A stretch of 64,000 nucleotides of DNA from Catajapyx aquilonaris (GCA_000934665.2 KZ538097.1:62001-126000); one strand, 5' to 3'; positions 1-14,344 are shown, counted from the stretch's first letter. Notes: a model not told the origin generated them from the sequence alone. Program-made: numbers and translations.

Positions 1-3000
1 AGAGGACCAAAACATGAGGTAACTGAACCCCGGGGAAAGAGAGGGTAGTTTGAATGTGAAGCAAGAGATGGAGGTAGGTTTTCCCAATTCCCAGTCCTTT
101 TGATGTCGGGCGTACAAAGAAACCGCTACCCAGAGTAAAGATGTTTGTTCTTTAGCGCGAGCACAAGAAAGTGAATCTGTGAAAAGTGAGCTAGTAAACA
201 ATTAATGACTTGCCAGAAGCAGTTGCTGCAATGCCGGTGCGTAAGGCTTGTGTAACATGTGTTTGAGCGACGCAGCAGTGTCAAAACTTGAGTGGATAAT
301 TATTATGGTCGTTTCTTGAGCCAGGATTATTTTTTTAACATTCTGTACAGAATATTTCTAGGAGGCTTAAAAATAGCTGACACATAGCGGTATCATCTCT
401 GGCAGGTGGGGGAAAAAATAGTGCGATGGTCACGTGGTTGAGAGATGCATCATGGACGATCATAGCGCTGCAATTTTGCAAGGGTGTTGCTAATGACTGC
501 TTAGAATGTTGTGGGATATATCCGGCCGATGACCATGATGACTGCATCCTTGGTGAGCATCAACGACCTTCTAAATATTATTCCCCAACCTTTTAATGTT
601 GATGTTTTCGACAATGGCCTACAAAACATTTCATCATCCCATGGGTGTCAACGGCATCGCACTTGGTCTGTCACAATCGAGGCTATGCTCAAGCTGTCAT
701 AATAGGTGGTGCGATGGAGGATGCTGACAACGTCCGATTTGTCCTTGTCCGATTCGAAGGTTACACTGCTTAGTCCGATGATTACAGGTAGGGAAAACAT
801 GAGCCGAGTTTCCCCATAACTATACAACCCCATCCATTTCTTTTATAGAAGGGTTAACAAAAATTGCATGAAGTCAAGGTTATCCCCTCCGCATTTTGCA
901 AATGGCACTTGGCTTTTGCCTGCACATGCTCTGCACAGGCAAGCCAAGCGAGCGTGTTATGAGCCAGAATGCCTGCCAGTTTCTTTCTGCTCCGCTTGCT
1001 TGGGGCCAACTAAAAAGCCTGATGTGGGTTCCAGACGAGGAACTAACTATTATGTCCGCCTGCTGCTGCAGTTCACTCTGATACCATCCGGGTCAGCCCT
1101 AGCCGGTTGTTCCCACTCAAATGACCCGGAATCAATCCGAATTCAGTCTGGAACCTCAAGTCAGGTGAATAAGTAATGAACCTTGACTTGGACCATCATT
1201 CAACCATTAGCCTACTTGACATGGGATAAAAAACTGACTCGGAACCCGACAGCCTGATATAAATACAGACATATCTGATGGCGCCGGATGAATGGCTGAA
1301 GCGTCGCCGCTGGTCGTACCCATACCCTCACCATTTGATGTTTTATTCTAAAAGCTTCGTCTATCCACGCACGTCCCCCCCCCCCCTCCAAAAAAAGCCG
1401 GAGGGGTATAGAAGGAAGTAGTGATTTACATTTGGAAATGACTACCTCGGGCCTACCCCAACCACCAATTCCTATTCTCAGCTTTACCTGTGTCCGCCCA
1501 CTTTTCAAGTGAAAGACGGGCGTGAAGAGTTGGGTTTAGACTGCACAATTTTAGTCGGAAACGACTTCAGTGAAAACCACAATCTCGGCTCCGAAATACC
1601 ATCGAGAAGTCAAAAAACCTAGAGGCCAGTTGTGGGCACGTTTTAAAATGTCCAGAAAGCGAAACGGGATCTAATAAATTTGATTTCCTAATGTCAGTGG
1701 GAATTATCGCATGGCTGTGCCCTTTGTATAAAATGAGAAGCAAAAAAATACGCATATTTAAAGGAACTGCTACTGCTGACAAACAAAGTTGTCCCTTATG
1801 CCACGTGTTTGTCAGCGCATCTTAAAATAGTTACTAGTAGTTAGCTTCTATCTAGCCCCTCGTGACAAACCTGCATAATTACCCTATAGCCTACACGCTG
1901 AAACTGCTCTGACAGTCTACTGGGAAATACACTGCTATAACAGCAATCTATAACGAGGTAACTTTTTTTCTAAAAAAAAAACGGAAATTATAATTTTGCG
2001 CGAACTATTCACGGCTCAATAATATTTTTTCTGGTGCATAAGAATGCACCTGAGGAGGTGTAGCAATGAAAAAAAGATGGCAGCCTTCAGATCGTGCAGT
2101 AAAACGATTTTCCTCAACTTCTTCCTTTTGCAACTTGAAGAATCTGATAGTGGCCAACTTGTTGGAAAATTGGAAACTTCTGTAATATATCTCCACCATC
2201 GAAGGCTGAATATTCTCAAGGCCCCCCCCCCCCNAAAGGGAAAATGGTAACCGTATAATGAACTTTTCAATGCTGATCGGGATCTGAGTTAACTTTCACT
2301 GCCAGGACCGCACTCTGAAAATTCAATGGGACGTAATTTACAATACACTCTGCTTCTGGCTCCAGTGGACCTAGAGTATTGTTGTACCAGTTGGCGCTTC
2401 GTCTGCACTGATGGAATTTGTTGCCGCTCCCCGAGTTTCCACCCCCACGAATTTTATTAACCTGCAAGTCGTGCAAAATCAATTTTGCATAATGAAGTTA
2501 CCTAGAAAGTAATATTCCTGCAGGAATAGGCGTTATCCAGTGATGATAGGTTATTATAGAGGCTTCACTGCAGGGTCTCGTCCAAGGTCGAGGTCTGTGG
2601 TGCGCTTCTGCGATACTAGGCTCACTTTTAGTGCTGCTTATATAACAGCTAGCAGGCCTTGATGCCAATATTATGCAGCTTCCGCCGGATACGTATGCAT
2701 AGAATCTACTGCAGCATTGGGTCAACCTATGCATTATTGCAAATATGGCTCAATTGATTTCTTCTCTCCGCTTGGCGTTTTGGGATTCTTTCTATCCCTC
2801 CATTGCTCACAAATTTCCGGTCTACTTTTCTTCCGATCCTCCAACTACTTTTGTGTCGTCCGAGAAGTTTCCCCATCTCGTCTTTTTGCTCACGAAGAGA
2901 GAAGATTTTTCCTCTCTCCAAAACCGTCTGATGCTATTCGAACAGTCAGGTCGTTATTTTCTTTCTGTATATGTGTGTTTTTTTTTTGTTCTTTTTATGC

Positions 3001-4678
3001 GCCATTCAAAACGCCTTAAGTAAAAATTGCAATTTCTGATCTGCCTGGAGAAACGCTTGGGTAATTGCAGATATTCAGAAAGTTCCGGCTTGAGCATGCG
3101 CCACCACGCAAGTGACAGGAAGATGCGGAAGAATACAACCTTGACACGTCATATTCTGGGCGACTCTTGGGCCATTATTGGACCTCAAAGTGGGCACGAA
3201 CATGCCCCAAAATAGCCAACTATGGGCCATATACACTACCAGGTGTTTATAGATACAAGCCAAGGAGGATTATCTACCTCCAGAAAAAAAAGAGACATGC
3301 GTCGTTCTCACGAACATTGAATTAATCTCACCATGCGAATGTAGGCCTAGCCTAAGTGGCAGTACAAAGATGGCTGCCCCATCCTGACTGCGAAACACGC
3401 GTCGGGTTCTGAGGATGGGAGAAAAAAAAAAGGGGACGAGAGATCAGAGGAACGTCGATAACTCTTCTTCATAATGAATTTATGGAGGCCAGGCCCAACC
3501 TGTAATAAAGTAACACGGAAAAGGTAGGCTTGCCGCAGCAGGATTCCGGAGCTTTTTCTTCTTCCCTTCCTCCTCCTTCCCCCATTTTTTTTTTTTTCTT
3601 TTCTTAACGGAGGCTCGGAGGTGAGATGCCACTCTGGCTCAGATGGGACATTTGTCACCGGTTGGATTCAGTGGTGGTGTCGGCGACAGCACGAACTCTT
3701 TGCGAAATTGAGAGCTGTTGTGCGAACATTGACAATGGCGGCCTTGACTCACGTTGTTCCGAATTTAATAATGGCTTTCTTACTGCGCTATTATGTTGAT
3801 TGCCTGTCATCAAAATATTTTAGTGTACAGTATACGTCTGGCTCAACCGTTATTTACATTCTTGATTGTTCTGCGTGTCTTTTGATGTTGTATTGTAATA
3901 TTTTGGTCTACTGGAGCTCAAAAAGTGTCCGGTTTGCCACATTAGCGAAATTCGAGATTAGAAAGTTGTCATATAGACCTGTAATAATAACTTGAGAGCT
4001 TGTTTGACAACTTTTACTTTCAACATTGAAATTTCAGCTTGTGTACACCAGGAATAACTTGCAATACATTGCCGTTAAGCTCTTTATCCGCCGATAGAAC
4101 CTGCTTTTACTAAACGGGGTTCACATTTTTTCCTCTTTATCGACACGTTACATGACCATTTTAATGCTGAATTTCCTGCCGAATTGACCCCAGTTTAGTA
4201 AAGTTGTGGCTTCAAAGGAAAGTTGAAACTTTCATCCATATAACAACGGTCTTATTCGAAATAGCTTGTGTATAGTTTAGTTCATAACAGGAATTCCTCC
4301 GCACATCTGGTGAAGACTTGTACAGTACACTGTTGGCAAGCTATATGCAATGCAGGGCTATACAAGGTACTGCAGGATATATTGTATATTCGGCTCTCAG
4401 CTATTATAATGCTCACGATGGACTACTGCAACGGTGTGCAGTAATTTATTTAGGAACAATGCAAAGTGACTGAGTTACAGCATTATATAATTCGCACGTA
4501 TAGTACAGTATATACATTGATGACCCTGAACTGCAATTTGAGACACATCAGTACTAGTAAACAGCTTGATTCTTGAGGCAAAAATTATTGACCCCTCTAG
4601 TATACATGTATTCAGTAAACCATTTGACCTAGTCCTGATATTGTTATTGGAAGCTTGACCTTTCTAACAGTAGCCTTG

Positions 4679-4719
4679 ATTGGCGCATTGTCTTTGTCAG
4701 TGTTGACTCAGTGACGTGG
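4679..4719. promoter_or_regulatory. Candidate cis-regulatory module: ATTGG (reverse CCAAT), TGACTCA (AP-1), TGACGTGG (CRE/UPRE-like)
   Basis: Three consensus motifs within 41 bp (4679-4683, 4704-4710, 4712-4719), next to a CpG-richer stretch. Motif matches only. Confidence 0.3.
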
Positions 4720-6226
4720 CGTGATTATGGGTTTTGCGCCAGTTCAGCGAGATAATTTAGTTGCTAAATGCCTCGTATGAGGTATAACCGAGCCTCCCGA
4801 ATCCCGTCCCCGCCGCAATGGACTGTTACTCACGAAGCGTGTAAATCACCCCGGAGTTTGTGTGACCACGCTCGGATTAATTATCCGACAGTGTATAACC
4901 ATGTGGGGGGCACATATGTCCCCACGACTAACTGGACCCGATTTTTTAAGGATCATCTCCCCGACGCGGTTTATCGTCCTCTTCGGTTCATGTCATTTGG
5001 AAAATCATTACCCCACTATTTTGATATTCATTGCAACTTTTATGAGATGGGACGATGAAATGTGCGAGCGCCAATTGTGCCGCACTCCGACAGAGTGCGG
5101 ATTACACATTGTATGTCGGATGCGATTGTGAAAAACCTGCGAATATGTGCACTTGGGTTGGTAGACGGTGTGCAAAAAGAGCTTGTCGTACAGGTTTTAC
5201 GTAACTCCGAGGGAAAAAAGAGCGATAGACTCTTTTTGCAATATGTGAATAATGAGCATGAGCGTGTGCTCTAGGCTAGAGCATTATAAAAAACACCTGT
5301 TATTTTTTTCTCCCTTGTGCTCATGGTGCAACGACACTGCAAGGCCATTTTTATAGTCAAGTTCATCCGAAGGAGAATTTCAAATAGTCTAGTTATACAG
5401 GGCAACGTTCAGTATGTGAGAGAGATAATAAAGGAGTAGAGTACTACGAAATTTTAATGGAGCTTTATTCAGCCTTTATTACAGGTGCAGCCTTGATGTT
5501 GAGCAAGATATTCTTTGATGTTATAGATCCCTCCATTTCATTTCAAAACGCTTGTAGCTGAGTATGACTCTTCTGCAATACATGTGTATAGTAGCATTGC
5601 AAGGTTAACGATAAGAAATGAGTCTTGAAGTCTTGATGGGGGTAAGCATGAGAGTGATGTGGGTGCCTTGCAATAGGAATTGCAGTTATTGTTAAGGATG
5701 ACGCAAAATATGTTTAAGATTTTGCAGTGTAGGCGTGTGTGCCCGTTTCAGTGTTAATCTTTTTGAGGACCTGTGTACGAGCATCAGTGTCGCATTAACA
5801 CTGTTGAGGGCTTAATAGGCCTAATATATTTCACCTTGGTATGGCACTTTTTTTCAAATCCACAACGACCAACTCATCTCAGTAATTTAGGTATTGGTTG
5901 ATGCGTATTTTTTGTGGTGCCTATAGGTCGACAGCCTACGTTAGCAAGCGGGATGTACTGTACTACAAGGATAATGACATGCCCCTGTATTAATTGACCT
6001 TACAGAATACGAGTGCCGATGTGTATGCGTACTGCACCAGTTGCCATTGTCTCGCTCGTCTCTAAATATTCCGAATAGTTCTTCTACTGGCGCCACGTGG
6101 TATGTAGTCTAGACTAAGGCTGCGAAGAGGTTAAGTAAATTGAATTGCATGTGTGCACCCTCTTAGTATTGTCTGTGAAATTTCCTCTCCTCTTATCTCA
6201 TCTGGTATTTCGGAGCAATATACAGG

Positions 6227-6762
6227 GTGTTTCTTACTAACAGTAGTAGGTCGTTCGGCAGACAGCGTACTCGTTGACCTGAAACAAGTCAAAAATGTAT
6301 AGGTGAGAAATGTCGAAGGAGCAACATGTAACTAGGTAGAAGACCAGACACATTTACCTGTCCCTAGACACAAGCGGCAACACACACGACACCTTTTTGT
6401 AGGGAGATCCCCAGTCAGGTGGACCCTCTCTCCTTACAGTGGTTGCCTAGAGAGCAGGATATGAGCGTGATAATCATGACCGCGAAGATGTGATCTCGCT
6501 AAATACTATATCAGTAATGTTTATCACGCTCATATCCTGCTCCCTAGGCAACCACTGTAAGGTGAGCGCATCCATCTGCCAGGAGATCTCACTACAAAAT
6601 GTGTCGTGTGTGTTGCCGCCTGTGTCTAGGGGCAGGCCAATGTGTCTGGTCGTCTACCTCGTTACCGGTTGCTCTCTCGACATTTCTCATCCATACATTT
6701 TTTATTTGTATTGGGGAGACGAGTACGCTGCCTGCCGGACGACCTACTAGTAACAGAAACAC
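6227..6762. repeat. Long imperfect inverted repeat / foldback element (arms ~6227-6473 and ~6521-6762, spacer ~47 nt)
   Basis: Hand alignment of the left arm to the reverse complement of the right arm gives roughly 85% identity. Example: GAGCAGGATATGAGCGTGATAA / TTATCACGCTCATATCCTGCTC. The left end overlaps TA-CAGGGTGT, a Tc1/mariner-like terminus. Confidence 0.93.
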
Positions 6763-9160
6763 TAATTTATGTAGACGGTTTATAGGCCGATTATTTGTTG
6801 ATTTTGGGATGGTCAGAGTTGAGAAGCAGAGTATAGAAATTGGGCGTGATATGCAGTTGTCAAGTGTGAGATTGGAAAAAGAGGGAGCAAAATTATTGTT
6901 AAATCTCAGTGACGGTACAAATGTGGTCGCCTTGGAAATTAACCACCTTATGTGTCAGCAATGGGACAACTGTCAAACGCTATTGGCCAGATTGTACTGA
7001 CTACTAGAGAATCTGCCCTCCTTACCTGAGCCGCGCTGATTTGAACAAGAGTCTGCACTCTGGCTCTTTTTATCAAAGTCAAACTTGGTAGAATTGAGAG
7101 CTTTCAATGTAGCTACCACATCATGGCAATGATGATGATATAAAGAACTTAATCACTGTTACGTTACACATGCGAGCTGACTAGGTGCTTTAAAAAAATT
7201 ACTAATGTCTACAAAAGTGATGCCTCACAACCTAAATTGCTGGAGACAGATTATTGTGTGGGCTATATTGGTACTACGTAGTATCATAGGTGAAGGAATT
7301 GCCATATGTGCCCATTATATACGAGTTGATGGAAATTTTTGCTCCATTATGGATAGGCATGCTAATTTTTGTTATTCTTTCCTGCGTTAAGCAGATTCTG
7401 AGATCGTCATGAGACCTATGTAGTACTGGTGGTTACAGCAGTTGTAATAACTCGCAGAATGGTCCCTATTATTATGCGCCATAAGATTACCTTCGTAATG
7501 GATCCCAAATCTTCCATATAAACTATACTATAACTTCGTCTTGGAACATCTAAGAAACCAAAGTCTGAGCAGTCCGAACCTTTTGCACCACCCTGTACAG
7601 TACAGTTGGAAATATCGTCGAAAAGACATTTTTACGCTGGAACAGATATAACTTAATAAAAACGCAATTTCAAAAGTAACTCAATAGTCTTTGAACGAGT
7701 TTCCGCTGCAGTTACACATTTTAGATCACTTTATAATCCTGAAATTACGTCGAGTGAGAGCTCCGTTTGCTCTAAAGAGTTTCTGGTTCTGAATATGCCT
7801 TTTTTTTATCCAGCAAAAAGTGAATGACGGGCCGCACGAGGCCCTCAGGCAATAGGTTCCCGACCTCTGCAACAGCCCTTGTACAAGTATATACAGTACG
7901 GTGTTCCAACCACATCCACTCGATAGCTTCCCGCCGCAAGATCTTATTAGAAAATATGGAAAACCCAATAACCGGACAAGTACGGACCATATGCATTATA
8001 CCCACTAATTTTCTGTTTAAAAAAAATTCCAGCCTTTCCTATCTGCATGCAAGTGACAGAAGCAGTGTTCATCAGAGGCCATGTTTGAACAAGCCATTAT
8101 CATTGGCATGAAATCCCAGCATTCAAAATGCAGCGGTGCGGCCTAACCGTGCTTGGGTTTATACTCTTCGGGAAAAGCAGTAGCAGCAGCAGGGGCTAGG
8201 CTTATATTAATTAACTAAAAGCAGGCGGTTTAATTAGGCTTGCAAGGGTGAGCGGTAGGCTGCGCGGCCCAAGGATGTTAGAGTGGCACGTAGTTTATCA
8301 CCTCGTAGATAAATACTGCATGGGAGGCAGTGTGCAAAGAGAATCGGATCAATAGCCACAGTGTGGAGCCGACTAGACTTTGCCGGAGAGGGGGATGGCG
8401 GGGAGGGAAGGACCGGGGAGGGAGGGCGCTTATATGATGGCAGCGAAGGGAGAAATTGCTCTGCTTTTGTCTGCCTCAGTTATGTGGACTCATTCTGAGG
8501 CCACTTGACTTGTATCTCCGCCGCAAAATGTGTTTGGAAACGTGCCGGAGAGACTAGAGCACGTGATGTTCTATCATAGGAGCGAAAGCTTCTGCGACAG
8601 TGCATCGGCAGATATACTGGGTTATAAATGTCCGTCTAGATGTATTGGGTGTCGCGTTTATTTTTCATACAGAATTGTTGTTTTGACGAACGTTATCGTA
8701 CGTTGTCGCGTCAGGAACTAATCGCTACTGATTTCATTGCTGGGTGTATACCTTTCAAATATTGCGAGGAGCTATCGGAAATAAACTGTGAAGACCTTTC
8801 AGCCGGAAGACGCTTTCCCCTTTTCTTCTCATTTTCTCTCAGGAGTGTTCTCTCCGACGCAAACCTTTTTGTACATTTTGGCTTCTCTTTCTCGTCGTGA
8901 CGGCTGCTTCATCTCCAAAGCAATGCGATTCTTCTCGCCTGCTTCTTCTTCTTCTTCTTCTTTTTCCTTGGATCTCGTCTTACATTTTTTTGTGTGCTCT
9001 TCCTTCCTTCCTCTCCCGCCGGACTCCTTTTTTCCCTGGCCATCTTTTCCCTTGTATAGAACGCTTCTATTTGACAGTGAAAAGCGTCGCTATACGTTTG
9101 TCCAGTTGGGAGCAAGTGTCGAGACAGCGCGTGGAATCACTCAGGCTCAATGATTTAGAA

Positions 9161-9230
9161 CGGCGGTTCTCAACCTGGGGTACTCTCACACCCATGGGGA
9201 TGGGCGGGACGGTGCCAAAGGGTAGGCGCC
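9161..9230 (+). mobile_element. Solo hAT/Charlie-like transposon end
   Basis: CGGCGGTTCTCAACCTGGGG resembles the CAG(C/T)GGTTCTCAACC terminus of hAT-Charlie elements and follows ATTTAGAA, similar to their NTCTAGAN target preference. No partner end found. Confidence 0.45.
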
Positions 9231-12200
9231 GACTAATCCCATTTACTCAGCACATTGTAGTCTGTAGATGCATTGTAGACCTCTAATGAACAGCGCGAGC
9301 CCAAATTGGATTCAAAATTGCTGGTTAGCAAGAAACATTTTCCGGGGGAGGATCCACGGACCCCAACTTAGGTAATGCGGTGATACCAGAAAGTGGTACA
9401 TATAAGTCAGCAACCCTGATGGGGGCGGGTTGACATTTATTCGAAAGGACAAGCTTGTTGTTGCGGGTAGTTATCTCAATATTCTTGTTATCTGCTCGTT
9501 GAACACCGATATAAAATGCGGTGAAAAACAATAGGAGTAATCTACTTGTAGTTGTACATGTCTGATGAATGACCCCTGGAGGATATTGACAGCGATAGAA
9601 TGCATTGTCCCCATGACTCCTAAGGTGGTGCGCCGTATCGCCGACTAGCCTTCTGACATCCTGAGGTCAGGGTCAGCGCCCCATGCATGGAGCCCCATCG
9701 ACTCCTGAATAAACAGGCACGTCGTTATCACGAGCCCCACTTACAGGTACGGTCGAGAGGGTTACACCAGACAAAATTGGGGTCAACCTTATCGCAAGTC
9801 CCCTATTGCCTTCCCGCTGACGTCGTCGGTGTCGGCCGCGCAATTTTTCCACATTGTGTCAGCTTGTTGCACCCCCCTCCCACACGCAAACCTGAGAACG
9901 AGATTACGTGGAAAATTCCGGTCCCCTGGTAATAAACCGTTGTTTTCCCAGCCCGGTTTTAAGGCCTCTATAAATAGAGCGTGTGATTTTCCTCCGAACG
10001 TTCCCTATCGACGAACCGGTAAATCTCCATCGATGCAATGTCTTTTTGGCTAGTGCTTCAAACATTGGATCAAGGTTAGGAAAATGCGAAGGGCAGGTTT
10101 TCTTGGCTCCTTCTACAAGGACGTTTTGGGAACACCCCCCCCCCCCCCCCAAGGAAATTCTTTCGGGGGTGTCACCTCTATTGACACGTTTTATCGCCAC
10201 GTGGTCCTAACCTCTGATTGATGTCGCAGCGGGTATAACATGTGACTTCACACATTGTTATCCATCGACTTCCCCCGAGTGGAATGATGCGAACGAGCGG
10301 AATGTCGCCTGAGCTAACGCCTTTTAATCGCAATCATTATCCTACCCTGGGGGGGGGGGGGGGTGGAACAACATGCCAGACCCGTTAGCACACCTGATTG
10401 GCTGACAAAACACTCTCTCTGGCATGTGGGACATGTGCAATGCTTAGCAGAATTGGTGTTAGTGTGTGAGTATATAGCCTGACCGACGAAAAGGTCAAAC
10501 AAGTGCAGTGTTTTTAATATATACGGAGTACCCTTGTAGGATATGCCCGTGACACTGGGACCACTGCCCTGCTATCTGTATATATAGTCCGTGTGTATGT
10601 GTGTCCTCGACCTTTTTTTGAAACGATTTACTGGCCGACGGCCTGGTTTCGTCGTGTCGGTTTGCCAAATCCCATTTTCAGCTATAGCTTCTGTTTGGCC
10701 CTTTTTTTTGAAATGGGGGTGAGGGAGTTATCAACCTGTGTTTGTGGGAAAGTGTTTCCCCCTGACTGATTGTATTTGCGTGATGCTCTAGCAGCGGGGG
10801 AGACTTGTAGCAAACGGACTATATAACGTGCAATCAATATCATTCCACCCAGGGCGTGACTGAGTGGGAAAAGAAAACATTTTCAGCCAAACTTGCATTG
10901 ACCCAGAAGTGTCTGGATTCAGGGGATATTTGTACAGTATTAGTGAGCCTTAAGATATTATATAAAAGAGTTACTGACACTTGTATGTACTTGGCACAGT
11001 TTTGCTAAGAGCTGTGTAGGAATCATGTTGTGGTTTTTCGGTATCAAAGAGTTGGATCAACGGTGACAAACGAGTGTCTGTCCTGAGTGAAATCAGCACA
11101 CTGTGTCATGAAAGATAAGGACCAATTTCAAAGGGCATGGAACTTGGGACAGACGAGGTTCCCATGACTTCTACTCCTACTTTCCATATGAGCGTCATGA
11201 GAAAACGAATGATGGGACATGATGCAGCCAACTGTAATGCGATTTTCCCAACCCCATGAGTCGTGCGATGAATCATAACGTCTGGGAAGGATATCACTGG
11301 GATTTTCAGAATTCAAGGATGCTTCCAGTTTATCGTACATTAGATACTAGGAATAAGTCAGGAAGAGGGAACTTATAGTGTTTTGCAATTGCAGGTTAAG
11401 GGTCAAAAGGCAAATCCTGGCAGCCATTAGTAAGTTCTCTGGAGGAAAAACGAGCTGTTGATAATAACTGGTGGGGGGATGAAACGCCAGGAGCTGAATT
11501 TGTATAACGGATGACAGATATCATGTAGGCAAACCACATCGCATTTTAGTGTAGGTCGCGTTTTAAATCTGGGGGAAACTTCAAACGAGGAAGCTGGGAT
11601 TCCCAGGAGACATCGAATTGCTCTGGGATTTGCTGGATTGATTTTTTTTATCTCCCTTTTCCCTCTCATTTTTTCTCCCCTGCTTTTGGTTCCCTCTGAT
11701 GCCTCTCTTCTCTCGCCGTGGTTCTACACAATTCTACACTCTCGCCGATTATGGAATGTACATTTTTACATTGCGGGCTATATATAGGCGGGTGTACTGT
11801 ATATGCTTCGTAGCAACCCAGTTGCTAGGACTGTACATGCGGGCAGAATCACTGAAAAATAGTGCACGCGTTATAGACCTTCATTACATTATCAGAAATA
11901 TCTTTTGGTCTAAAAAAAGATATCGGTTAAACGACTGAGGGACGCCCATTGAACCACACGCTCGTTGGACTGGTTGGCCTGTTATCGGTGCTTATAGAAT
12001 GCAAGATATTGATGACTTACTCAAATTGATTTTATTGGCACTAGGATATTCTGGAGACTATCTGAAACACAATCTGCCCAAGTGCTTCTCATATATAGCA
12101 CATATTATCCAGCACATCTCAGGTTTTTTTGCAGGATAGGAAGCTGCTGCGGCCATATGGCAGTACAGGGAAAAGGACTGAACACTAAAGCCTGATGCAT

Positions 12201-13115
12201 AATAACCGCGAGATAGTGGGCGACTTGGAGTGGCTGCAAAGTCGTCATGGAAGAGTGATATTAAGGCATTGCACTGCTCCAGACATTAAAACGGGGGTAT
12301 TCCAGCTACAGTACAGCTAGACATCAACAATGACGTTTACTTAATAGTAATTTGCTAAATAGGAAGATCTATATATTAACAAGAACAAATTTTTGTGAAA
12401 GGACCTGTAGACATGCCATCTGATACCTCGGTTAATAAGCTTAATGTGGGTAATTGGCTTATGTATACTACAGTTTCATCAGCTTTCTATACTGTATACT
12501 GTAGTTAATGTTTTTGCAGTTTTCTGGAAGGAGATAAGGAATTAGAATCATTTGCTGGGTTTATAGTCCATAGTAGTCCTGTATCAGAGTATTAAAATAA
12601 CAATTGAACATAAGAACTGAGAAAGGGAATAACATGTTGATGGCCACTGAACTATGATGAACTTGAACCTCTGTTTTGTTTAGCAGACGAAGCATTTCCG
12701 AGCTCTGACAGATATGCAAATATCCAATGTCATACCTATTGACCTGGAACGACAGATTTTTCTCTCATTAAGTCGTAAGCATGATAATTATTTGCGACAT
12801 GCGTGGTATACACATGGAAGTCTGAACTGAACTTATGCTACATTACAACAGTATATATACATGTATACTATATGTAGTTGCGCAATTAAGCGTGGTATTT
12901 GATCTAGCTAATCCCTTATGAATAACATCACTGCCAAATCTGTTCCTTTAGTATACGAGATGATTATTCTGCAGAATGTGTGGAATTTGTGCTTGATAAG
13001 TTCATGTATCACGTGTAAATGGAAGCCGTAACAAGCAATTAGAGGCAGTCACTGCGCTCTTAATGGGAAGTAGGCGCATTCTTTTAACTCAGACTACATT
13101 TGAGTATAAGTACAG

Positions 13116-13284
13116 TAATGAAACGTGTCTGCAACGGACTCTTCAACGGAAACTTATCCATTACGGAACTTTTGGTTGGTCCCGGCGTAGGTTTTTCAAT
13201 AAATTTTTGTCACATACAGCAGAGCGGTGATCTTCTCAGTATGCCGAAAATTTTGCGGATTTCCGTTATAGGCAGGCTTCACTA
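13116..13284. mobile_element. Decayed pogo/Tigger-like MITE remnant
   Basis: Left end AATGAAACGTGTCTGCAACGGA versus reverse complement of the right end AGTGAAGCCTGCCTATAACGGA (16/22 matches), with internal ACGGA repeats. A similar solo terminus (CAGTGAAGCCTCTATAATAAC, minus strand) lies at about 2550-2570. Confidence 0.45.
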
Positions 13285-14344
13285 TGTGCGTAAGTTATAT
13301 AAAGGTTTCCTGGAGCTTCCTCCCAGTACATGCTGGTACATAGGATAAGTTAAGATAAACAAATGCAAAAATCATGTTATTTAAGCTGTCACTAGTACTT
13401 TGCGGACAAGTGCCCATTACATTATAAACAGAATTTTTAAAAAATTGTATGGAAGTCAAGGTAGCTCGCAAGGCAAGCGCATGCATTAAACACGTGAGTG
13501 GATAAAGGTTATTCGCTTTTCAAATACTATATATTTTAGACCGGCACAAGCAGTGAAGTCGAGAGGAAACTCAATAGAAATACAATGAACATAGGTCAGT
13601 GTAAATGGGAATTCAGGTGTATCTATTTTTCCTCGAGTGATTTCCCCCACGATTATACAGCCGATGAGTCCATCAGGGTCAAATTGACCGATGAATTTCC
13701 TCTGACGAAATAATAATCTGCGCAAATACTGATAAACCCCCTGCCATTTCATAGCACATAAATAAGCACATACAGACGATACAATGTTTCATTCCTTATT
13801 TAGCTAACTCACAACCATTTTGCAATGACTAGTGCTTTGTTATTATAGTGAACCGTAGGTTGTCCAGGGCCCCGATCGGTGGCGCTGCTCCCACCAACCA
13901 CCAACCTTTCCCGACCTATGCTTACTCCAGGGCCACATGCACCCCACCACTGGCAGCCGAAAAACAGCTGATCAGAGTTTGGAGGCGCGTGCTCAATGCA
14001 GGACGCATTTGCCACCATCTCCTTCCAGATCGTACAGGCATCCAGTTGCTAGTGGCCCATTAGTGAACTTGTAGCCGGACCCTTACATAACGTACTTGAC
14101 TTGGGGGTTGCGGCACACCCTGTTTGTTTTGTGACCCACTTGGCTTATCCCTTTCCTATCCCTACCTTACCTACCCTCCTTTTCCCATCGTTGGTGATTG
14201 GTGTTGTACTCATCTGTTGGTGTTGCAGTGCAGTTTGTGAGGATTGGGGAAAAAACAGACGGTGACCTACTCAGGAGGAACCATGTCCTAGTGGTCTTGG
14301 GGACTCGTAGGGGGAACACCGGGACTGTTTTTTTGGGAAGCGCC

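Noticed and set aside
335..833. Degenerate LINE reverse-transcriptase fragment on the minus strand (ESDKDKSDV, SLATPL)
   Set aside because: The motif resemblance is too weak and needs several frameshifts; no catalytic RT motif is visible.
5060..5195. Alternative first coding exon using GTATGT or GTGTGC donors
   Set aside because: The phase-1 frame for GTATGT has no ATG after its upstream stop. The GTGTGC donor is weak and the peptide is not MSK-like.
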